Made by a program: the position numbers and the translations under genes. From Candidatus Omnitrophota bacterium (GTDB lineage: Bacteria; Omnitrophota; Omnitrophia; Omnitrophales; Aquincolibacteriaceae), in contig CAIOAT010000024.1 in NCBI GenBank assembly GCA_903856085.1, forward strand, positions 3,180 to 67,179: DNA of 64,000 bases, given 5' to 3'. How positions within the stretch are numbered: the first letter of the stretch is position 1; each line of letters opens with the position of its first letter. The notes under the pieces were generated by a model, which saw nothing but the letters and a program-made list of their open reading frames with translations, searched no databases and was not told the DNA's origin. Below, one piece after another: positions 49,401-61,400 of the stretch.

Positions 49401-52400
49401 CGAGCGAGATCATCTTAGGTTGATATTCACTCAGCCCCATGAGCGAACTAAAAACATCCCCTCCCTCGCTTTCGAAAGCAACCACATCATAACTCCCATA
49501 GGGTTTGAGGATCTCCCTCAAAAATGCTCGCTGCGCAAGAAATCCATAGTTTGCCATCCCGGACATCCCTTGGGGAAAATGAGTGAAGAAATACGTGATC
49601 ACCACCACGCCAGAGCGATCCTCACCTTCTTCTTTCGGAAAAACCAAGAGACGGAAATTGTAAGTCGCCATATTGGAAAACAGTTGCTTCCCTTTTTCGT
49701 CATACACATTTCCTGTTATCTCAAGGGGCGCATCAGAGCCGTCCTTCTTTTCATTCAGTTTGTAGCTGTAGCCAGTTTTTTTGAATTCATCCCATTGCAA
49801 TTCCTGGCGGCTCACAGTTGCCGGGATTTCCGAGAGTGCAATAAATTTGAACTCGGCTTCCCGCCACGGATTCCGGACTCCAAAACGCGTATCTTTGACC
49901 CATTTATCCCGATACGGATTCACCACTCGCGTCACGGACCGGTTAATAAGACGGGTCACCACAAAATAGATCGCTCCTGCAACACCGGCTAATCCCGCGA
50001 ACGTGGATGCGAGCCGGCTCCACAAAACATCTAAGATCCCGACCACCAGGGAAGATACAAAAGTCGCGATCACCAAGTAACTTAAAAATCGGGCAGCGCG
50101 ATAAGAGAACTCTCGCCCCTTCGGGATTTTGATCAGCTTGCTCGCAACCATACCATTTTCAAACGCCGCGATCACTTGTTGAGCCGCAGACCCTGCCCGT
50201 CCCACCGTCTGATCTCCGGCAGTTCCATCCGTTAGATCCTTCACAAACGTTCTGAACGCTTCGGTGTTAAAAACCCCGGCCTCGAACAAAGTACCTTCTA
50301 ATCTTTGATCCGGACGTATTAAAATATTTTTCAGGGCACTTTCCTGCCCGGGCTGGTGCAGGTGGCCCCCCATCCAACCCAGCAATGCATCAAAATAGAA
50401 CGAAACAGTTTCTTTGTGATTCAGAAAGGTCGATAAATCTTCAGCCGGAGATGTCAAATAGCGTTTGAGCGTCTCCCTCGGAGTTTCGCTGGCCGCACTC
50501 CCCTGAATTCCAGGCTTGGATAAACTCAATTTGATCACGCGATTCGCAAGATCCACCGTCGCAAAATACGTTGTATTACCAAACGTCACCTTATCGTTGT
50601 TGATGGGATGATTCTGCCACCTTACATCCCAAGAGCTTCGTGTAGCGATAGAGGGCTTTCCGTCAGCAAATTCCGCCATCAAAAAGTGGCGGCCCCCCTG
50701 CCATTGAAACGCATAATTGCCCCTGCCATCCGCGCCCATGACAAGATCGACCGGCTCCCCGAGATTAAAGAAAATATCCTGCCCCCGAATCTCGGAGCGA
50801 GGCGAAGCGCCCATCTCTTTTCGAATCATGCGTACGACAGATCCCGCAGCCTTGGCCCAGGATTGGGATGGATCTTTTCTTTTTTCTTTCACCACTTGGT
50901 AAGCCAAAGCGACCGACGCTACGATCCCTAAACCCCCAAAGGCATAGCCTACGATTTCTTGTTCGATCGGCACTCGTTGAATCGGTTCGAAGAATTTGAT
51001 GCCATTTTTAGAATCCGCGATAATGCGATCAATATAGTAGTCACCGTACTCATCAAAAACCTGCATATCCCAGACATTCTGCCCCGTCTGAGTATTGCGC
51101 TTAAGCTCTCCCTGGATGCTGAAACCTCTCTGAAATGTTGACGTGCTGACATCCATATAATTTTTTGTTTTGAGATCGGTGAATTCTCGATTGAGAAGCT
51201 CTCGAAGATCCGCCGCAAAAGATTCATCCGGCATCCCCGTACGGAACAGATACGCCTTTCCGGCAGGCTTTACGCCCTGCAGTTTCAAAGCCGTTACAAA
51301 ATTGGCCACATCGCTGCGAAGATCGCCGAGAGTCTTTCGATCTCCCTGATCATCGTACGGTCTGAAATGTGCTGCCACAAGCCGGTTATCAGTTGTCGGG
51401 AGCATAAAAATATTGCATTGATTCCCCTGCGCTGGCTCGACGGTGAATTTCCCGCGACTGATTACTCCCGCCTCATCTTCAGCAAAACTAAAACCACCTT
51501 CGCCTTGCTTGAATGCCTTTCCATCGCTGATATGGAACATAAGGCCTTGAGCTTTTGCGGGTGCCAGGGGTTGCAATCCCGGGGCATTTGTTTGCACTAA
51601 GGTGGCGGCTATCGTTTGCCCAGCGGTTTGAAACGGCGCTGCGACCAAGCCTGCACCTGCGCCTAAAAATATCCCCAGGAAACCGCGACGCCCCATCTGC
51701 CCCCGCAATTCAGGACGAGGTGGGAGAGCCATGAGACTGTTATGTTTTTCGGTTGCCGCATCAATAACATCAATCGCAGGCTCACCAAATTTCTCAGCAA
51801 GAACTCTTAAAGATTCGAACGCCGTCGGAGCATTTGTTCGATCCCCGGCAGCCACCATCGCCGCAAATTTCAGCATGGCAAAAGCCAGTTCGCCACGCGA
51901 CGTTTTCCGTCCTTCGATGCGATTTGTTTCTTCAACAGATTTTTCCAATAAGCCACGGATAGAAATATCCGCCCCCGGCTTAAGCGCATCACTTTCCATT
52001 AGCCGCAAACTGATATCACAAATAAAATCAGGGTCTTGTCCCTTCGACATGGCCGTGAAACGGTTCATTTTGTTCAAGACATCTTGAGAGCGAGCTTCAT
52101 CCAAGGCATTTTGGCCATGGGCCTCAAACTCGTTTTCCGCCTCTCTCGCAAGCTTGAAATCAACTACAGGTGCCGTAATCGCTGATAAAAAGTTTAAAAT
52201 TGAATGGGCAGCATATCCACGGCTTGTATTCCCCCTCTGAAGCAGGTTTTCGGCCGCTCGGACACGCGCCAGAGTATCAACAATCACATTATGATCAGGC
52301 ATTTTTCCGTTATACAGACCCTCCATCAGGCCAACACTCTCAATAGCCGACTGGGTCAAAGCTTCCTCGGCTTCTGCCGCAGTCCTGATCTGCATTTCCC

Positions 52401-55400
52401 AACGCGCATCGGCAAATGCTTTTTCAAAAGAAGACCTTGCATTAAATTCACGGTCGAACGGCTCCAAAAATCGGGACAAGCTTTTCACCGTCAAATCACT
52501 CAACGCTGAAGGCCTCTTGCCATTCAAGTCATCCAATAACTTTTTAGCTTCTATAAAATCACCGGTAGCCATTGCTTGTTGCATTTCATTCAATAATCTT
52601 AAATTTTCACTCCCCGCATCCCTCACCTCGGCGCGCTTTATGGATGAATCACTGATAGCAATCTCAGGATAGATGTATTCAAATAACAGAGCGCTCAGAT
52701 GCTTCTTGTCTTCATTCTGCCGTCCGAATCCTCTCTGGCTTGCCTTATAAATTTCACCTACTTGAGTAGCCGTCAAAGTCGAGTAGTTGTACGCTGAAAG
52801 AAATAGACCTAGCGCAAAAATAATGGCCGTCGGATCGTCTTTTTTGAATGTAACATTTCCGTCGGCAGTACGATCCGAAAGGATGAACGGCCAAATAAAA
52901 TCCTCACCGTAACCTGACGGCAAATTATGTTCCGACGCGACATCCGGCATTCCAGTTTGGCCTATCAAAAGCCCCAACATGACATCCACGCGGGTGGAAG
53001 GGAAAGACGCATGAAGCGCGGCACCTATGGCAAGCGCCGTTTTCCCTGACCCGAAATTGTCAAACACCAAGATCGGCTTATTGACGTCCAACTGTCCTTC
53101 GGCCTGTTTCCGGATCATTTCAATAAATTGCGCCACAGCCGTTCCTTTGTCCCTATCGCTCTGCAGTTTGAGGAACTCGCTAAAAAAATACTTCTGAATC
53201 TCATTCCCGCGTCTTTGCAAATCTCTTATATTCTTAAATTTTTTGTAGGCCTCTTGCAGTATCCGTTCGGATTCCGCGTAAATAACTTTGTGGGTCTCTT
53301 CGAATTCGGCGGGGCCTCGTTCCACCGTGATGGGCAATTGCCCTCGCCAAAAAGCCACCGCCGTCTTGTCCGTATATTGACTCACTGGGAGGATCGCTCC
53401 ATCCCTCCACACCGGCATGAGTTGATGATCAGGAAAACGCGATTTTATTTCCTTATGGATCGCGGGCAAATAGAGGAGGAACCATTTTTCTCCGCTATCC
53501 AGGCCGTAAGGAAGTCTCAATCTGCCGTTCCCCTCCAGGAAATCTTTTGTTTTTTCCTGGAAATTTTCCTGGATTTCACTTAACCCTAATTTGCCAATAA
53601 CTCCCTGAAGGACTGCAGCGATCTCTTGCCGGGTCAGGGGATACTGTCGGCCGTCTTGGTCATGGGGCAACAGTGACTTGGGCGGGAGAAATTCCATCTT
53701 CCCCAGTTCTCCGATCGTCCATGTTTCCTTGCGGGAATAATAGTCGACGAGATGATCCACGAGAGGCTGGGGATCATAGACACCAACGCCCGCCGGACGA
53801 ATGTTCATGGGCCCGGCTGCCTTTTTAGTCTGAAATGTTACAAGCTCGAAAGCCCTTTGAAGCCATTGCTGGATTCCGGGAGCTTCAGCTTGCGCTCCCG
53901 CAATCCCCCCTCGCACCTCGGAGCGAATACTGGAAAGCATCGCCTTAAAATTAACAGGCTGCTGGAAGCGTGCGAGATGGACCAACGTTCCTTTTTTAAT
54001 ATTTTGCGAGAGGGAGACTGGCTCCGGGACTCCCGGAAGCATGAGGTACCTTTCGAAAGGACTACTGATCTCCAAAAATCCTCTATTCTCCGAGCCCGAT
54101 GCATTATCCACGCCATAAAGTCCCAGACCGCGCCCCGGTTTTCCTGACGTAGAAACACCTTTTTCAAGCATAAGCGGTATATTCCGCATGCCAGGTCCGT
54201 TGTCATACACAAAAAGCTCCACCCCCTTATTACCTTGAATCTGAACTTCCCGGCCCACCAGGATTCCCTGGATCTCTCCGGCTCTCGGCGGAAGCGGCTG
54301 ATGCTCTTGCAAGGAAACCAAAAGATTCGCCAAATGTTCTTCGTCAAACGCCTGCGCCCCTTTCAGATGGTCAATATTGTCCATAAGTTCTTTAATCATA
54401 AATTCGATCAAAGTGCGTTGATCGTAAGTTTTATAATCAGCATGCGCCACGTAGAGGAAAGGAGCCGGATCATTAAGCCAGCCGATTTGGTTCAAAAGGC
54501 GCTTCACTTCTTCGAACCCTAAAGAAAAGCCCTGGCCACGAAGCAAATCTTTTGCCCGAGAATCTCCGGCGAGAGAATCCTGCAGCGCCTGCAGTACGTC
54601 ACCCTCCACATCCCAAGGCGTTCCACCGGCCCGCGCCTCGGCACGAATTCCAGGCTCTCGTTCCAGCATAACCCCAAGATAAACAGGCCGGAGCGCCCAC
54701 TCCTTCCGGAGAACCTTCTCATCTGTAGCCAGCTCTTTAGCCCACGCTTCAATATCGGGAACATATTTTGGATCGAAACCTTCGAGCACGTTTACCGCCC
54801 CCCTCTGTCGAGCCGAGCCTAAAACTTGGGTCGTTGTGTAAAATTCCCTTGGCAAACCCTCTTTATTGAGCCAGTAACCGTTTGGACGCTCTTCCTTGGA
54901 AGCCTGAAAATTAAAATCACGCAAAAGGACATCGACCAGAGCAGGATTCGAGGTGGTAAATGCATATTTCACGTCTTTAAACTTTCCAACGAAAATCCCG
55001 ACGAGTTGCTTGAGAAGACCCTGACCTCCCAGGCCTAATTCGAGATCTTGATTGATATAAGTACCGTAGATGGCCATGACACCATCCACCTCTTTGGCAT
55101 ACAGGAACATATCGCTTGCTGCAAAGGCGGGTTTCTCTTTCTCATTCGGATTTTTAAAGAAAAGATCGATTCGTTTTGTTGTAGCGTTGTCTTCTACCTG
55201 CATTTCAAATGTCAACTTCGCACCATTCCGCCCCTGCAACACAATCTCGCGGGGCTTCAAAACATCTTGCGCCAATTTCTTCCAGTCAAGCGAGCCCAAT
55301 ATTTTGAGATTCGCAAGCATCTCGTTCATTGTAGGGACCGTGCTTTCAGAACTTCGCTTTTTTTCTGTCAGGAGGAGAAGAATAACCTGCAGATAACCCA

Positions 55401-58400
55401 GACGAAAAACGTCGGGAAGGATTTCCATTTCCTTGGCAGTGATGGGCTCTCCTGTCGCCCCTTGGTATGCCACAAAGAACTGACGGACTTTGTCCAAAGC
55501 TATGGAAGTCCCGTCTTTTTGATAGCGAAGGAGTATGGCACTGGCAAAATCCGCAACTCGCGCATCGGGGTGGGCATATTCGAAGTCAAAAACGCCGTTT
55601 ATTTGATTCTGCCCATATCGAAGGTTCCCCTGATGGAAATCACCGTGGACAATCGTGCGCGGAAGTTGATCGAGAACTCGAGGGGTTAAATGAGTCCTGA
55701 TCTCTTTGACCTGCTGCTGGATCAGATCAAAATTTTCGACAAAAATCTTCTCGGTCGGCGTCAGAGGCGGCCCGCGTTGCTGAATCTCTTGGCGCATCGA
55801 TTCGAGTCTCTTTAAGCTCCCTTCAAAATCTGTCACGGGAATCAATGGCGGCCATTCATGCCCCTGATAGGATCTTCCGGGAAGATCCAAGTTCCGCGTC
55901 GCCATATGGATCTTGGCGAGCAATTGGGCAGCCAATTCCAAGTCCCCACCCTCCACTTGCCCCCAGTCATATTCTTTTCCGTCTATATAATCAGAGAGAA
56001 CGAAGGGTTTCCCATCGATCATGATAAAATTTTCATTTTGAAGTGTTGGGCGGATGACGCTTACGGGGATTCCGGCCGACTTGAGATTCTCCAATAAACC
56101 CGCCTCCCATTGGATCAAATCTTCGGTGTTTCGATAAAGGGGCGCTTTTAGGACATACCGCCCGGTTGCATCCTGGACCGTATAGACATTCGCCCTGGGT
56201 GTCGGCTGGATCGTCACATCACCCTTCAAACCATAATTCTTCGCGACTATTTCTTGCAGGCGCTGGATATCGACACGGACGGGTTCGGTTTGTACATCGG
56301 CGCGGGTTTCGGCGCGTGCGGCATTCGGTGTTGCCGATGCCGCCAAGGCCCGGCTGATCGTTAAGACACCTTTTTCCGGCTGCGTTTTAGAAATAGCAAG
56401 GGTCCAATGATATGTTCCACCTTGTTGTGACGCTCCCGTCTGACGTGAAAAAACAGCTGCTGTCCCGTAATTTTCGGCCAAATGCAAAAATTGATCCAAC
56501 CCTTCTCCAGCTACAGTATTACTCCCCCTTACTTTTCCTGATAGCGCCTCCTGAACATTCATGCCTTCCCCGCCATCAATCGTAATTCCAATAATTTCAT
56601 GCCCATGTTTTACAAAAATAGCAACCCCAAGACTATCGCTTTGCGGAAGTCCGTGTTGGAACACATTCTCAACCGCAAAGAACATCGAGTTATATAAGCT
56701 TGGCGCAGCTTGAGGATGCAGTTTGTCACTTCCAATCCGCTTCATAAGATTTTGAACAACTTCAGAGCTTCGCTTCCATCGATCCTGTCTCCCGTACGGA
56801 ACATCCGGAGTGCGAAGAATTTCCAAGGCAACCGCTCCATAATCGTTCAGCGCCTTAATGTGCGGCTCAAGAGTCTCCCTCTTAACCAAAGCAGACCACA
56901 AATTATAAATTTCATTTACAAAGGAAGGCTCCAGCCCTTGGAATACCCCATCATCACTTGCCCAAACAGCACGTGCTTCAAGGCGGGATTGATTCACGCG
57001 GCTCTCGGAGCGCACAGGAACAAAAACTGTGCCATACGAGCCTACACTGTTCAGAAGGATATTCCCGGCCTTGTCCATTTTCATCGTCATGTGCGTCCGG
57101 GATACTGACTTGAATTCCTCTCCCGCCGGCACGACAAGGTCAGCCTTAGGAGACCGCCCAATCACCAACTCCGCTTCTTTCAAGGAGAGTGGCTTCTCTG
57201 ATGCCCACGACCCATCCACAGCACGAGCCGTAACAAATACTCCATCGGTCGTACTCGTCACATCAACATAAACCTGGCCGGCAAGCTGCATACGCAGCGG
57301 CAATTCCGTAGGGACATCTCCGGTAATTCCTTGCGAGGTGATGGTTCTCTTAGGGGTCGCTGCCAAAGCGGTTAACTTTTCAATCATCGGGTCGAGGTTT
57401 CCCGTGAGCCCCGCGTCATCTTCGTTTCTCTCCTTCAACTTCACCAGGCGATCAATAACCCGACGGATCAATACGGGTTTCCGGCCTTTGAATTCGCTCA
57501 CAAATTGATCGCTCAAACCACCCTTGATCGCTTTTAAAGCGGCATCTTCGATCCTGCCTTCGGCAAGTCCGAACGCGATCGAAGCCACTTCGTCCTCTTT
57601 ATTTTCACCCAACCGTTCAGCGAAAAGTGTCGGCCCCACCCCTTCAAGGGAAGGATAGAGAGCATGGGCTTTCATCTTGTCATAGAACGCACGCGCATCC
57701 GCTTCGGAAAGAAAGTTGATAACGATCGGCGATATCTCATCGGGATCATAGGAGAACGTTTTGTCGCGAATGCTTTGTTTTAAATATTTAAAATTGATCC
57801 CCACGCCGCTGGATGCAACCGCCGTTTCCTTCACGATCCTGACCGCATCGTCAAAATGCGTCGGCACGACATTAAGATAAATTCTCCAGTTATTTCCAGG
57901 ATCTTTATCGTAAAACTGTAAATTCTCGTACGAATGCCACCAGAATTTCCATCCAACTCCCGTACCGAACTCCTCAGGATAAAAGCCTTTTAATACCTCC
58001 GTCTTCTTTCCCGAAACTGGCTCCTGGATAAGGTTCGCATTCTCGCTGCTCAGATTCTCGACCCTGAACTGGCTTGCACCGATCCGCGTAATCTTTATGG
58101 ATTTCCTGGGGTCTCCATCCTTAAGCCCGAATCCTTCCGGATTCGAAACACTTTCACCCCTTGCAATACCTCTTATTTTGTCCAAGACTTCATCGGCATC
58201 ACGATTGTCCAATATGTAGGGACTCATCGCTATTCTTTCAAAGATGCTCGGGTCAAGGAGGTAGAAGTCCGAAGGATTTTTTACATACTGACGCGCACGA
58301 CTAATGGCAGGATCAAGCCTTACAGCGAGGTTGATATTGCCTCTATAAATATCGGGATCGTAAGCCCGCAGCTCAAGAGCCTGATCTACGCCGAATTTGA

Positions 58401-61400
58401 TCTGAATCGGTACGCTGTAATTCATTTCAACGGAAGCGCCCGGCGCAAGAGTAATGCTCTGGGGCGTTTTGGATTGGACCGCTTTAATGACAGGAGAAGA
58501 GGCTTCCAAAGCATCAAGGACCGCGCTGCTACGCCTGGCGAAATCCGTATCATCAAACTGCATGGACTGAAGCGCGGCGATCTGCCTGTCGATTTTTGCA
58601 AGCAACTCTCCGGCTATCTTTCCGGCAGCGCTGATTTTGCGGACATCACCCGTTGCTTGGATTGTCTTAAGCGCCCGCTCCACTGTCCGACGGTCATAAT
58701 TCAAGCGCGCGCGAACCATGATATCCCGCTTCAGGAAATACGCCTGAACCTGAAGCGGTGTCAATTCGAGGACATTCAAAAAGCGCGCTTCTTTGGTGCC
58801 GGATTTTTCTCCCTCTAACAATCGTATGCCCTGCTCATCGTTGAAAGATCCTAAAGACGCAAAATCACCTTGGACCCAATCCTGCCAATTTTCACGGCAT
58901 GCGCGTACAGATAATTCCAAAATATCCTTCAGCTGACTCTTCTGCTCTTCAAAAAAGATCGAGATCCTTAGTGCCGACTCGGAATCAAGACCGGTCAGAT
59001 CAGGCTCGAGGGAGTTTACCCGCTCCATAACGCGCGAAATCTTTTCCCCATCGATCCCCTGCGGCCCTGTGAGAGCATCAAAAATGATGGAGGAAGAAAC
59101 TAGTCTTCCATAAACCTTGTTCAATCCTGCGGAAGCCAGGTCATAAAGAACGTAGCGTTTGACGCCATCGATGACGGGCGTTTCCATGTTATGGTCAATC
59201 CCAAAATCATGAGCCTTGGTCAACGCGAGGAAAACCATAAGATTTTCTATCCCGGATCCGGTAGTTTCGGCAGGTAATTCTGCGGCCGTCAGGGTTTTTG
59301 CATCGCGAACCAGTAGTGCCCTTACTTTGTCCGTTTTTGGATCGTTGACGCCGGCGCCTTTTAAAAATTCATCCCATTCCTGGCTGAACTTTCCGGGGAC
59401 ATTATCTTTTTGCAACGAAGAAATCTCAACCCAAGGAGGAACATTGACCCCTAAAGCATCCGCGAGCTTATAGGCCCGCAATTCGTCATTCGTATCGGCA
59501 GGAACATATTTCAAATACCAAACGAGACCTGTTGCCGGATCTCTTAATCTCCAAACCCCTGTTTTCATTTTCACTTCGATCACCAAGTCCTGTAGAGCCG
59601 GCGGCGTTCTTTGTCGTGCGCTCTGACTACCGGCAACCGCCACGACTTCCCGCTCAACAAACTCCGTACCGTAGGACCCCGTAGATGTAAGCTGAATATT
59701 GCCTTTTTTATCTACCATGACGATCATGTGATCACGAGAGATCCGGGTATCTAAAAGCACTTCGGCCTGATGGATGCGTCCAATCTTGATGGTTGTTTCA
59801 ACCCCCTCAGGAACCGAGTAGGTCCGAGCCTTTCCATTCGATGCAACAGTAACTTGCAAACTCCCCGATGGACTGCGATTAACATCCACATAAGCCTCGA
59901 CTCCGGCGAGCTTCATCCGGAACGGAAGCGCCTTGGGTGTCTCACCTTTAATATGGGTCGCTTGGACATTAACAAGCGACGCCTGACCCGCCACAAGCTC
60001 CGCAGATTCACCAAGCCCTGGTTTCCGGATTTCGGATCTCACTTCAGCGCGAGTGGCGGCCGTTTTGAGTTCTAGCACCATAAAATGCCGTCCTGTGTTA
60101 TCGTTCATTTTTTTGTCCGTCGGGATCTTGAACCCGAACCGGTCCGCGTTCTCTTTGATCATGGCGTAACTGCCATCCTGCCCCTCTCGCATCTCCCCAT
60201 AGACAGGAAGACCGGGAAACTTATCGCGGATCTCGCCCATGAGTTGCAACAAGAGCTTCCCTCCGATCCCCGATTTACGCTGTTCCGGGTCGACGGCAAG
60301 ATCCATGACATAAATAATGTCACGCTTGGTGTCCGGGTCATACCCCACATAAGCGATGACATACCCCATCAATTGACCGTCCCGGTAATAACCTCGGCTC
60401 AGATTCTTACGGCGATCACCTTGCGCCATTTCATTCAGCGCAGCGCGAGCCAAGGAGTTTTGAATGCCGGACAATCCCTGGAGAAGACTGGGAGCGAGAT
60501 TCCCGTAGACCTTCCCTTCCAACCTGCTCACATCCAAAATATCCTCGTTATCGAGAGAATAAATTCCCGTCGCAGGAGCTGGGGCTAGCGGCATTTTTAC
60601 ATCCAGCGGAATTTCCGTGACCTCGTCACTTTTTTTATCCGTGTAACTTAATTTCAATTCCGACATAGTTTCATTCTCGACAGTGTTTCCCGCCAGACGA
60701 TAATCGCTGTTATCCACCCCAATCCTCAACTTGGGTAAAAGCGGCAAGCCCTGGCTCTTTTGATCCCGCGCATAGCTCTTACTGGTCGGAAACTTCGCCA
60801 TATAACGCTCGAAAAACTGTCTGTAAGTTTCCGTCACGAAATCATTCCACGTTTTTCCTTTACCGATGTCTTTTCCTTCATTCATCTTCCGAATAAAGTT
60901 CGGATCCGCTTCAATATTATCAGCCGCCATGACCACACCCGTACGCCCCACGGCCTCAAACTGGGAGTCCTTGAGTGCCTCAAAAAGATTGAAGTGATCG
61001 GGTTGACGCTGGAACGCAGCATCCAACTTGGGGTATTTCTCTCCCAAGGGCCTGTCCAGGGTGAGCACCGACGTGATGATGCTCTTATCATAAAGATTTC
61101 CAAGCTGATCTTTGACTTGAACTGTCAGCGCAAAGATCGCCGTCGCAGGATGGGAATAAACCCCTTCCTTTCCATCTCCGAACCCCATACAACTAGGCGT
61201 CTCATCTCCTGCAGTTCTGGACCGGTAATCCGACTTGGGATAGATCTGAGCTGTGAAACGATCACCGAGCCCCTTGCCATCAAGAGCTTTCTTCATCGAA
61301 AGGAGGAATTTGTTGTCCTCCTCACCCCGCGCAGACTCCGGTCGTGCCATGATCGATTCATACCGTGCAACGAGGATATCCCGAAATTGGATCTCGACCG

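Noticed and set aside
50799-52635. Two consecutive modules with identical motif spacing (918 bp)
   Set aside because: The two modules show no visible sequence similarity and other spacings vary widely, so this is treated as coincidence.
44143-60051. Junction motifs as a DNA repeat array (CRISPR, integron attC or REP-like)
   Set aside because: They are only 15 bp, irregularly spaced, vary at synonymous positions and show no palindromic structure. No cas or integrase gene is present.
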